IMG/VR virus record: IMGVR_UViG_3300028558_000791
Coordinates: 310,001 to 374,000 of that record
DNA: 64,000 nucleotides
Reading direction: 5' to 3' (one strand)
Position 1 is the first letter of the stretch. The number at the start of each line of letters is the position of its first letter. Made by a program: the position numbers and the translations under genes. Below are positions 38,626 to 47,757 of this stretch, piece by piece. The notes beneath the pieces are model-generated. The model had not been told where the DNA came from. It did not search any database and saw only the letters and a program-made list of their open reading frames with translations.

Positions 38626-38909
38626 TGCAATTTGAAGAGCTTATTGGTCTGATTAAGATTAGAGAATACGTTGTCAATTCTACCGCTCTTCCTACTATCG
38701 ATAGGAAGACGGTAAATGAGTTGAATGGTATTCTCCTATTATTGGACAAAAAGATTATCGGACTCTTGACAGGCGCGGACTTCAAGGATTACATTGGCTA
38801 CCATGACGTGCAAGCTGCCAAAGAAGCAGCGGCCCGTATCACGAACATCTATTCGGGCATTGATAATAAGAACGCTGCCCTTCACAAACACATTAAAAAC
38901 CAGAAGTAA
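38625..38909 (+). CDS. Hypothetical protein
   Basis: Coupled ORF. Confidence 0.6.
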   Translation: MQFEELIGLIKIREYVVNSTALPTIDRKTVNELNGILLLLDKKIIGLLTGADFKDYIGYHDVQAAKEAAARITNIYSGIDNKNAALHKHIKNQK

Positions 38910-38919
38910 TAGGTAACAT

Positions 38920-39723
38920 ATGAGAATGAACGCTCCCAAAGAGCTGTTCAGCGAAAACAGCTTGGTTCGTCTAAAAGACAAGGACTGGTTGGAGAAACAA
39001 AGGGTCGCCGGCAGAATTGCTGCCGAGACCCTTTTGCTTTTGGAGGGTTTCGTCAAAGGACGAACTTTCCATTCTCTTCTAGCTCTTAATGAAGTAGCAG
39101 AACATTACATCACTAAGAATGGTGGAACTGCAACCTTCAAAGGCTACAAAGGATTCCCTGCCGGTGTCTGTATCTCTGTCAACAAGGAAATGGTCCATGG
39201 TATCCCCAAGGATATTGTCCTAGATGATGGTGATATTGTCAGCTTTGATTTAGGCGTGACTTACCAAGGTGCTATTGCTGATACGGCTATCACCTGTATC
39301 TTCGGCACTCCCAAATCAGAAAGACATGTTACCCTTGTTAAAGCTACTGAAGAGTCTTTGATGAAAGGCATTGAAGCCATTCAAGTGGGCAGTCGTCTAG
39401 GTGTAATTGGTCAGGCCATTTCCAAACACGCAAAGACCTATGGGTTTGGCGTCATCAATAACTATGGTGGGCACGGATTAGATTGGGACGTTCCCCATGC
39501 TCCGCCCTTCGTGGAAAACAAATCAGATGAGACTCGTGGAATTAGAATTCAACCAGGATTAGCCATTGCTATAGAGCCGATGCTCGTGCTTGGTTCTACC
39601 AGTACCACCACACTGAGTGATGGTTGGACTGTGGTAACACCTGATTTGAGTGCTCATTTTGAACACTCAGTCTATGTTCATGAAGACCATGTCGAAATCA
39701 TTACCGATAGGAGCAAACTATGA
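38920..39723 (+). CDS. map: Methionine aminopeptidase, type I
   Basis: CISVN...HGIP, DLGV, DTAIT, GGHG, AIEPM, AHFEHSV metal-binding motifs. Confidence 0.92.
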   Translation: MRMNAPKELFSENSLVRLKDKDWLEKQRVAGRIAAETLLLLEGFVKGRTFHSLLALNEVAEHYITKNGGTATFKGYKGFPAGVCISVNKEMVHGIPKDIVLDDGDIVSFDLGVTYQGAIADTAITCIFGTPKSERHVTLVKATEESLMKGIEAIQVGSRLGVIGQAISKHAKTYGFGVINNYGGHGLDWDVPHAPPFVENKSDETRGIRIQPGLAIAIEPMLVLGSTSTTTLSDGWTVVTPDLSAHFEHSVYVHEDHVEIITDRSKL

Positions 39724-39989
39724 TTACTAAAGAGTCAGTGGTTGCGCAACTTAATAGACTGTTACAGTTAGATAGAAATCTAACTGAAAAACTGATAGAT
39801 ACTCGTTATCCGGTTACTAATGAATACGCAGACTCAGAAGAGTTTATTTGTATGGTAGATGATCCTAACAATCCAGTAGCTGGTATGCTTGGTGTACTCA
39901 ATGGACTGCTAAATGAAGATATTCCAATTGCAGCGGTCTATGATGAGGATATGAAACTAATCATGTTTGTACTAGCTGAAAGGCCCTAA
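39720..39989 (+). CDS. Hypothetical protein
   Basis: Coupled ORF; GMLGVLNGL motif. Confidence 0.6.
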   Translation: MITKESVVAQLNRLLQLDRNLTEKLIDTRYPVTNEYADSEEFICMVDDPNNPVAGMLGVLNGLLNEDIPIAAVYDEDMKLIMFVLAERP

Positions 39990-40192
39990 TGTTTATCGTA
40001 GATGTACTAATGCCTTGGGATGATATTCCTAACATGAAGGTAAACTATCAAGAAACCTTTGCAGGTGCATTAAGTGCGGCCGAAAGAATCGTACAAGAGT
40101 CTGGCGGAGCTAGGCGTATTGAGATTTTTGAAGCCGATGAAAAGCACTCTAAGAATAAAAGGCTGATTGCCTCTCTAAGGACAATCAGATGA
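39989..40192 (+). CDS. Hypothetical protein
   Basis: Coupled ORF. Confidence 0.55.
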   Translation: MFIVDVLMPWDDIPNMKVNYQETFAGALSAAERIVQESGGARRIEIFEADEKHSKNKRLIASLRTIR

Positions 40193-40395
40193 ATGAGGGA
40201 GTCATTGAAGGCAACATCCGTATAATTGCTGATGGTCTTGATAGAGACTTGCCAGAAAATGAAATCATTGAGGCGTATATTGCCGTTGGTTTCGATATGG
40301 CAGATGTTACGCTTCTATTAGCGGCGGCCAGGCTATTACTTGGTGATCGTAAAAGTGCTCAGGCAGTCCGCGGCACATTCAGGAGAGTTACATGA
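40189..40395 (+). CDS. Hypothetical protein
   Basis: Coupled ORF. Confidence 0.55.
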   Translation: MNEGVIEGNIRIIADGLDRDLPENEIIEAYIAVGFDMADVTLLLAAARLLLGDRKSAQAVRGTFRRVT

Positions 40396-40565
40396 AAATC
40401 ACATTCGATGATAAGAGCTATATTGAGTGTATCAAGTCAGCTAATCCTGGCAAGATAATCTTTACTATCTCTGCTAAGGATCACACTGACCCACTCAAGA
40501 AAATTACTAACGCAGTTGAGATTACTGTCGAAGAATTCAAGAAACTAATTTCTGATGTAACATGA
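40392..40565 (+). CDS. Small hypothetical protein (57 aa, not in the ORF track)
   Basis: MKITFDDKSYIECIKSANPGKIIFTIS...; AGGAG RBS; ATGA overlaps at both ends. Confidence 0.65.
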   Translation: MKITFDDKSYIECIKSANPGKIIFTISAKDHTDPLKKITNAVEITVEEFKKLISDVT

Positions 40566-40837
40566 TTGAAAATCGCTCCATAAGACTAGAAGACTATCTC
40601 AAGCAATACGACCTTGAGAAGAGTATTAGTTTTATGAGGGCGATTTTTCATTTCAGTTACACAAAAACTCGTGGTGATGATGGTGTTTATATTTGGTTTG
40701 GCGATAAAGATTGGGGTACTAATTCCAAATGCTTTATAGCTCATGTCGGCTATTGTTCATTCATCTTTATTGATTATACAGAAGATCAAGTGATCGACAA
40801 GTATGATCGATATTACAAACTAAAGGCATTTACATGA
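40562..40837 (+). CDS. Hypothetical protein with C-terminal RYYKLKAFT tag
   Basis: Coupled ORF. Confidence 0.6.
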   Translation: MIENRSIRLEDYLKQYDLEKSISFMRAIFHFSYTKTRGDDGVYIWFGDKDWGTNSKCFIAHVGYCSFIFIDYTEDQVIDKYDRYYKLKAFT

Positions 40838-41376
40838 AGGTATATTTTGTTGGCGCTCATAGCACTGGTAAGACGACGTGTGCTCGCTATGTTTCCGAGC
40901 AATACAAACTGCCTATGATTACAGAGGTGGCAAGAGCTGTCCTGTCTGAAAAGGAATTGCATTTAGATAGCTTGCGATACAATATGGATTTGGTAGATGA
41001 TTACCAACAGTCTATTTTCTACAGGCAGCTTTCTGAAGAAACAAAGCATGATACTTTTGTCTCAGATAGAAGTTTTGACTGTCTTGCTTACGCGGCCCAG
41101 CATACGCGCATTCTATCTAAGTTACTTACCAGCGATCAGATGATGCCGTATGTTGAAAAACTAAGGGACTCAGACGTATTTATATTCTTCGTTCGACCCT
41201 CCAAGGCTACCCTGAAGGCTGACGGCGTACGAGAAAGTTTAACGTGGGATGGCGTGGTCGCAATCGATGCCATGGTGAAGTTTATGTTAGAGATGTGGCA
41301 GCTTAAGCACTATCAGATTAATATGGAGAATATGCAAGAGCGTATTCAGCTAATTAACGCGGTGCTTGAGCGATAA
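40834..41376 (+). CDS. P-loop nucleotide kinase-like ATPase (AAA_28/NadR-like)
   Basis: GAHSTGKTT, EVAR, VSDRSFDCLAY, DGVR. Confidence 0.75.
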   Translation: MKVYFVGAHSTGKTTCARYVSEQYKLPMITEVARAVLSEKELHLDSLRYNMDLVDDYQQSIFYRQLSEETKHDTFVSDRSFDCLAYAAQHTRILSKLLTSDQMMPYVEKLRDSDVFIFFVRPSKATLKADGVRESLTWDGVVAIDAMVKFMLEMWQLKHYQINMENMQERIQLINAVLER

Positions 41377-42193
41377 ACGTCTGACAACACTCTCCAAACT
41401 GATAAGTGGGTTTTACCACTGTAACAGCAGAAAATCTAGTATTCAGAATGGCAGTAAGCTCGCTAACCGTTGGAAAGTGATGTTTAGCCGTTTTGCCCCT
41501 ATATACATCTATGGTAGCAACATCGGCCGGAGAGAATCCGTTATGTGGAGACGCTTTAAGTATCATCTGCACGGCCTTCCAGACATCATCTTGGCTGACG
41601 CCCTCTTCAAATGATCTTTGGAGCGCCATAGCTACCCTAAATTTGAATTCATGAAAGTTGATATGATAACCGTCACTATAACCATCATGAACATCGTGAA
41701 GAATAGTTGTAACGGTTTCTCTTCTTTCGGGCATTACAAAACAGCGAGTTAGAAAAATGCCATTATTATCTAGCGCCAAAGATACTCTAGTAACTAATCT
41801 TGACACACCTTCTGGATTGAAAAATACTAACGATCCATCTGCCAAAACAATGTCTTTTGATCTATTTACTATGTAGTAGTTAAACCAGTCCCCATGAACG
41901 GCGGTACGTTGGTTAGGAATATCTCCTGGCCAGACATACTGAATCATGGCCTCAGACTTATCTATAGCTAATAGGTTAGTGGGAGTTGGGAAATTCATAG
42001 TAGCAATTTCAGGAGTAACTCCTAATAAAACAGCTTGAGCATATCCGTCAACAGGCGCATATCCATCTGAGGACCAAACACCAAGTGAATCCTCTAAGAT
42101 AGTTGTATCTTCGATATTTGGTCGCAATGGTGGTGCCCAATGGTCCCACATGGTGGCAATGGCATTCCATGTATCTTGTAAGTCATTTGGCAT
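41354..42193 (-). CDS. Class I SAM-dependent methyltransferase-like protein carrying four DGY motifs
   Basis: WAPPLRP, LLGVTPE, AIDKSEAM, GDW, DIVLADGSL, GIFLTR Rossmann-MTase pattern. Confidence 0.7.
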   Translation of the reverse strand: MPNDLQDTWNAIATMWDHWAPPLRPNIEDTTILEDSLGVWSSDGYAPVDGYAQAVLLGVTPEIATMNFPTPTNLLAIDKSEAMIQYVWPGDIPNQRTAVHGDWFNYYIVNRSKDIVLADGSLVFFNPEGVSRLVTRVSLALDNNGIFLTRCFVMPERRETVTTILHDVHDGYSDGYHINFHEFKFRVAMALQRSFEEGVSQDDVWKAVQMILKASPHNGFSPADVATIDVYRGKTAKHHFPTVSELTAILNTRFSAVTVVKPTYQFGECCQTFIAQAPR

Positions 42194-43586
42194 TGATATT
42201 CTCCGGCTCTACAACGATTATTTTCAATTTTCCATTAGGACGTTCGATAACTTCGCTCTTCTTTATATCGACATGAACAGTAGATTCTACCTCTTCTTGA
42301 ATGCATTGAATCATTTTTAACCCATGTTCGTCGGTCCACTCTTTATTAGGAACTACTCTTAATGTGAAGTTATCGATATTGTGTTGAATAACTTGGAACT
42401 GACGAACCCCGCCTATTTGACGTATACCTAACATAATTCCAGTAGATACTTTACGACGATTGCCGGCTAAGAATAGCATTGGATGCCTTCTACCATTGAT
42501 ATGTTTTAGAAGTGGTAAACCGCGACCACAGGAACAAGGCTCATTGGCAAGCGTTACTTCGTCAATGATATCGTATCTAATAAATGGATTAATAAAATTG
42601 GTTAAGCTTGTAACAACTAGCTTACCAGTTTCTCCAGGCTTACATGGATTATTTTGTTCATTCAGAACTTCTACGTATACACTCTCTGCATGGATATGTA
42701 ATCCATTACCAGTCGGACAAGAAGATGCAATGTAACCGGTTTCGTTAGCCGAATAAAGATTGACTACTTTGGCTCCAAAAGTTCTTTCAAGTCTTTCTTT
42801 AATTTGTGGAGTAAGAGTCTCTCCAATGGTTTGGATTGTTTCCAAGTCTGGTAGTTTTCTACCACTCTCTTCAACCAAATCAGCTAACACTTCTAAATTA
42901 GAAGGCATACTGATTAGATAATTTGGATTAACAGTTCTGAGCCAAGTTAATTGGACTTTAGGGTCTTGACGTATATCCATACCATGAACTGGTACGCATT
43001 TGAAGACACTGTATCCATGAACTTTTGGTAGCCAAGTAGGTATTGAAATGCCCTTAACAGCAATTTCATAGTCGCTCTTGTTCATACCAATCAATCTAAT
43101 AGATGCCATACGTTTCATGGGGTCCATGCCACCCCATTCAAAATCACGCATAGCCATTGCTTGCCACCACAAATTATCTCTATCTGTTTTGTATAGAGAG
43201 ATAGGCGTGCCGTTAGTTCCTGAAGTATGTATAGGCGAGGGGCTTGGAATCATCCCTTCTGGTAGTTTACTAACCTTAATACTAGAGTAATGATCTTGAT
43301 ACTTCTTGCGAGTTAGTAGTGGTATTTTTCTAAACTCTTGAAAACTTGTAATTGGTTTCCTTCCAATACCACACTGATCTAACATCAGCCTATAGTAAGG
43401 CGAGTTATCATAAGAGTGTTGTAGTAGATTATTTATCTGTTGAAGTTGGGCCTGCTCTAATTGTTCCGGACTTAACCATTGTGTTTTAGTTAGTTCAGTA
43501 TAGGCGCTAACAACAGACGTAAACTCAGGAATAGGAACCATCGGCCAGGTTGAGCCTGGAGTGGATGTAAACTTAAAAAAACTCAT
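42183..43586 (-). CDS. Adenylate-forming enzyme, phenylacetate-CoA ligase/CapK-like
   Basis: HTSGTNGTP P-loop, NLYSANETG, GKLVVTSL, PFIRYDIID, GRR. Confidence 0.85.
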   Translation of the reverse strand: MSFFKFTSTPGSTWPMVPIPEFTSVVSAYTELTKTQWLSPEQLEQAQLQQINNLLQHSYDNSPYYRLMLDQCGIGRKPITSFQEFRKIPLLTRKKYQDHYSSIKVSKLPEGMIPSPSPIHTSGTNGTPISLYKTDRDNLWWQAMAMRDFEWGGMDPMKRMASIRLIGMNKSDYEIAVKGISIPTWLPKVHGYSVFKCVPVHGMDIRQDPKVQLTWLRTVNPNYLISMPSNLEVLADLVEESGRKLPDLETIQTIGETLTPQIKERLERTFGAKVVNLYSANETGYIASSCPTGNGLHIHAESVYVEVLNEQNNPCKPGETGKLVVTSLTNFINPFIRYDIIDEVTLANEPCSCGRGLPLLKHINGRRHPMLFLAGNRRKVSTGIMLGIRQIGGVRQFQVIQHNIDNFTLRVVPNKEWTDEHGLKMIQCIQEEVESTVHVDIKKSEVIERPNGKLKIIVVEPENINAK

Positions 43587-43609
43587 TGTGACTTAGATAT
43601 AACCAAAGG

Positions 43610-46600
43610 TTAACCGCCAGTAAATCCAGGAACCTCAAACCATTCGGCTGTGGCCATTACACTTATTATATTGGTTGCATCGCCCCTAAAATTAAATCTG
43701 ATAATGTTATCAGACGCACTAATACTAAAGTCCCAAACGGTTCCATTTGGAACATCATGTATAACAAATTGATCATCAATAATTGCTGTGCCGTTAACAT
43801 TATGAACTAAAATTTGACGACTGAACATTGCAGCTTGTTCATTATTGATGCTATTGGCAATACATGTGACTCTCATAGCATAAGCTTGACCTGGCTCTAG
43901 GAATAACTCTCCACTAAATTCATCTCTAAGTGTTATTGGAGCTTCATTAAATGAAGTTCCTTTTACAAAGTATCTTGCAAATTGAGCATCTCCGGGACTA
44001 CCTAAATAGCCGCCTGCATGAGATAGTTGTCCGGTTCTTATTGCTTTACCACCATGTCCGCCAGGAACGGTTCCATAATCTGCGGTAACACTGTTTTGAT
44101 AGCCGCCGCCAATGGTTCCTTTACCGGCTGAAATGCTGTTATTAATTCCTCCAGCAATTACGCTATAGCCATCACCACCAGAGATGACGTTATTAGTGCC
44201 ACCACCAACTGTATCAAAGTGGTCTTGTGTTCTATTGCTAGAACCTCCAGCAATTGTTCCATATGGTTGAGTAACGGTGTTGTTAGAACCGCCACCAATG
44301 GAAGCGTCGTTTGCACCAGATAAAACTTGGTTAAACTGGCCGCCACTAATGACTGCATATGATGCGCTATTATTGTTGTTAGCGCCACCACTTATTACGG
44401 CTCCAGAGCTGTTGCTGACGTCATTACCAATACCTCCAGCAATCGTGGCATAATCTGCTGTAACAATAGCATGGCCATGACCTCCACTGATAGTGCCTCC
44501 TGTAGTGTCACCAATGGAATGTCCTTCTCCGCCAACAATAACATTCCATTTACGGCCAGGCGTGCCAGTACTATAAATAGTGTTATTGCCACCACCACCA
44601 ATAAATGAGAATGTTGGTGGTCCACCGAGACCACTAGTATCATAAATTAAGTTACTGAATCCACCAAGTATTACGTCATATTCGCCTTGTGATTTGTTAT
44701 TAAGACCACTTAGAATGACCGCATAGTTGTTGCCAGTGCCGGGTGATAGGTATGGGTTAGTTTGTTCAGCAAAATTTAACTGACCTGAAAATGCGGGACT
44801 GACATCTGATTGATTTAGTTTGGTAGATACTAAATTAGAACGACCAATAACATCATCAAATACTATATCTCCCTGAAACCATTTAGCTGAAAATGGGCCA
44901 GCCCAAGATTCGTTGAACTGATTTGAACTATTATCAATGCTTACAATTGAGTTTCCGCCAGGATTAGCTACCCAAGTATAATTATTGTAGGAATCGTAAG
45001 CCATTCCCATAAATGGAGCGCCACTTAATCCAGATGTTGGAATCTTAATGGTAGCTGTTATTGATGGAGAACTAGTTATAGCTGTAGATACTCTAAAGAC
45101 AGTATTGTTACTATCATTAATCCAGATATCACCATCGTTATTACCATCAGAGATGATGTCTCCAGCAAAACCACCAAGACTTAAAAGTCCATTTGCTCCG
45201 CTATTAAGATTTTGGAACTCAAACTCTTGAAGAAGTTGGCTTCCCAAAGAAGTGGTCCATAATCCCCAACCAAAAGAATTGTGATGTACTGGTACAACAC
45301 CGCCGAGTTGATAACCTGGTGTATAACCCGAACCATTACCATAGTTACCAAATATAGTGCTGAGGCCGTCATCAACAGAACAGAACTGGTAGATATAGCC
45401 GGCACTGCCGGTGACTAGATAACCACCTTCGCCACCAATGAAGCACATATCTTCCCAGTCGGCCGTGCCGTTTGGTATGATTTGGAAAAGATCCGGATCA
45501 ATTTCAGTAGGGTAATTTGCAATCATATCAGAGATACTAAATCTCTGAACAACATCAGGTTGCGGATCGCTGACTGGACCTCTAGCCTTACATACTACCC
45601 AAAGGTAGTCTGCATTTCCGGTAGTGGTGATAGCTGTTGTCTGTCCAGTTTCAGTTCCTTTGGAATTACCAACACCAACAACTGCGGCACTGTTCTTATT
45701 GATAACATATACTTTACCACTATTATTAGAGGTTACATATACATTTGTTGAGTCGCCAGTAATTTTCCAACCTTGGAACGATCCTGACAAGCCAACATTA
45801 TTAGATAATACTGGGGAACCAGATGTAACATTTAGTTTTTGAACAGTTGGGGTCGAGGCATTAGTAACCCATAAATCATATGTTGCTGAATCAAACCATA
45901 AACCTACTGGGGTGATAAATAATTGATCTGGGACCAATCTCAAATTATCATATACATTACCTGGTGGTGGTAAAGTTCCAGCATCAATATTCAGATTTAC
46001 TGTATCAAATGCGCCCGATGAAAAAGTTCCGCCGCTTGGAATATTAATTGTTCCAAATGCTCCGATTCCAGTTCCATTATTTTGAAATTGCAATTGATTG
46101 GTAGATGATGGAATAGATGTGTATACAATTTCTAATTGACCACCAAAGAATTTAACCCAAGCTTCTGTACCTAATCCGGTAGAGATAGCATCCATACCGC
46201 CAGCGTAGCCACCAGTACTTAAGGTCCAAATATAAGTGCCATCAAAAGCTGGCATACCAAAACCGTATGGAGAATGACTTACTGAAGCAATTACAGCCTC
46301 ACTACCAAGCGTTGTTGATATTCTATATGCTACTGAACCATTATTAGTTTGCCAAATAGTGGAATCATCACTTATAATACATCGTCCCACACTAGGGTTA
46401 GCTGTAGGTATGAATGCAATAGGCGCAGAAAGATTAGATGGATCAAATCTATGAATGCCTCCACTACTCTCATGGAAATTATTAACCCATAAGCTTCCAA
46501 AAGCAAACGTGCAACCATATGCTACACCAAGACCAGGACTATCTTCGGTATATGAATCAAGCACAGTCATACTTGATGGATCTATTTTGTAAATCTTTCC

Positions 46601-47623
46601 ACCATCATATCCGCCGCTTGTGACAAATAGGAAGCCACCACCAAAACACATATTACCATAATATGATCCAGAAGCATCGGGACCTAGTGTCTGAAGAGGT
46701 GGTACTGAATTAGGGTATGCTAGAAGTGCAGCAGATTTAGAATATTTCTCAACTCTAGAGTTATTAAGTGGCGTACTGGTACTTGGGCCAGTAGAAACAT
46801 AAATATTGTTTCCATCAACAGCAATATCAAGGAAAAATTCTCCAGTACTACCAGTAGAAATTCTACCAACTATATTATTAGTTGCTCTTTCGATAATGAA
46901 AATGTGACCATAAGGGAAACTGGCTGGTCCAACTTGGTTATATCCAAGAGATGTAACAAAAATGTGAGTGTCATCTGATGTTAGTAACCCACTATTATTG
47001 CTTAGTGGTAGCTCAACTATCTTTGTAATTTCAGGGGTAGCAGGGTTTATTCTAAGTACGCCATTGCTTCCGCCATTGGAGACCCACAAATCTGTTCCAT
47101 CAAATATGATTCCAGCAGGCCCCTGAAAAGACTCTTTAGCTTGGAGATATTTGCCCGCATCATTATTGAATTCACCTTGATGACCTTTTCTTACAGGAAT
47201 AGTATTGATACCAATTACTTCTTGTGTAACTGGATTTCCTTGTAAGTCACCAGCAAAATGTACGTTAGCTGGTTGAGTGCCTGGTGTCCAGGCAAGTCCG
47301 TCCCAGACATATACATCACCAGGAGCTGGAGGGACGGTAGAAATAGGGCGGCCGTGAATACCAATGACCTGGGGATGTTCTAATGTTCCGCCCAAATCAT
47401 TTTCAAGTTCAATTACTCTTAAATTGCCAACAATATTTTCAAGTGCATCAAAGCGAGCACGAACGGTGGCATAAAGACCACTTGGTTTTACTCCTAGTTC
47501 CTCTTCAATGGCGATTATCGCCACTCTTAATTGCTCAACAGATCCGCCAGTTACTGGCTGTCCGTCAAGAATTGGCTTGAGGGTGAAAACGGTGTCTATG
47601 GCTGCTGGGTATTTTGTTACCAT
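43610..47623 (-). CDS. Tail-fibre/receptor-binding-like protein with beta-propeller repeats and GG-N repeats (1337 aa)
   Basis: N-terminal TKYPAAID...AIEEELG coiled segment; repeated FDGTDLWV/FDGTYIW blades; C-terminal I(G/A/S)GG-x-x-N repeats. Confidence 0.65.
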   Translation of the reverse strand: MVTKYPAAIDTVFTLKPILDGQPVTGGSVEQLRVAIIAIEEELGVKPSGLYATVRARFDALENIVGNLRVIELENDLGGTLEHPQVIGIHGRPISTVPPAPGDVYVWDGLAWTPGTQPANVHFAGDLQGNPVTQEVIGINTIPVRKGHQGEFNNDAGKYLQAKESFQGPAGIIFDGTDLWVSNGGSNGVLRINPATPEITKIVELPLSNNSGLLTSDDTHIFVTSLGYNQVGPASFPYGHIFIIERATNNIVGRISTGSTGEFFLDIAVDGNNIYVSTGPSTSTPLNNSRVEKYSKSAALLAYPNSVPPLQTLGPDASGSYYGNMCFGGGFLFVTSGGYDGGKIYKIDPSSMTVLDSYTEDSPGLGVAYGCTFAFGSLWVNNFHESSGGIHRFDPSNLSAPIAFIPTANPSVGRCIISDDSTIWQTNNGSVAYRISTTLGSEAVIASVSHSPYGFGMPAFDGTYIWTLSTGGYAGGMDAISTGLGTEAWVKFFGGQLEIVYTSIPSSTNQLQFQNNGTGIGAFGTINIPSGGTFSSGAFDTVNLNIDAGTLPPPGNVYDNLRLVPDQLFITPVGLWFDSATYDLWVTNASTPTVQKLNVTSGSPVLSNNVGLSGSFQGWKITGDSTNVYVTSNNSGKVYVINKNSAAVVGVGNSKGTETGQTTAITTTGNADYLWVVCKARGPVSDPQPDVVQRFSISDMIANYPTEIDPDLFQIIPNGTADWEDMCFIGGEGGYLVTGSAGYIYQFCSVDDGLSTIFGNYGNGSGYTPGYQLGGVVPVHHNSFGWGLWTTSLGSQLLQEFEFQNLNSGANGLLSLGGFAGDIISDGNNDGDIWINDSNNTVFRVSTAITSSPSITATIKIPTSGLSGAPFMGMAYDSYNNYTWVANPGGNSIVSIDNSSNQFNESWAGPFSAKWFQGDIVFDDVIGRSNLVSTKLNQSDVSPAFSGQLNFAEQTNPYLSPGTGNNYAVILSGLNNKSQGEYDVILGGFSNLIYDTSGLGGPPTFSFIGGGGNNTIYSTGTPGRKWNVIVGGEGHSIGDTTGGTISGGHGHAIVTADYATIAGGIGNDVSNSSGAVISGGANNNNSASYAVISGGQFNQVLSGANDASIGGGSNNTVTQPYGTIAGGSSNRTQDHFDTVGGGTNNVISGGDGYSVIAGGINNSISAGKGTIGGGYQNSVTADYGTVPGGHGGKAIRTGQLSHAGGYLGSPGDAQFARYFVKGTSFNEAPITLRDEFSGELFLEPGQAYAMRVTCIANSINNEQAAMFSRQILVHNVNGTAIIDDQFVIHDVPNGTVWDFSISASDNIIRFNFRGDATNIISVMATAEWFEVPGFTGG

Positions 47624-47640
47624 CTTGTAAGTCCTGCTAT

Positions 47641-47728
47641 AATATCAAAATTTTAGCATAAGCAGAGAATCTGACTATCTATATCTGAAGAACTCTTAAA
47701 GTCAAGAATATACTAAAATTTTGATATT
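47641..47728. promoter_or_regulatory. Divergent promoter pair: perfect 16-bp inverted repeat CTAAAATTTTGATATT
   Basis: 47641-47656 (AATATCAAAATTTTAG) is the reverse complement of 47713-47728; each copy faces a divergent structural gene. Confidence 0.7.
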
Positions 47729-47757
47729 CTTGTGAGCTTTTAGTTCAATGAGGATAC

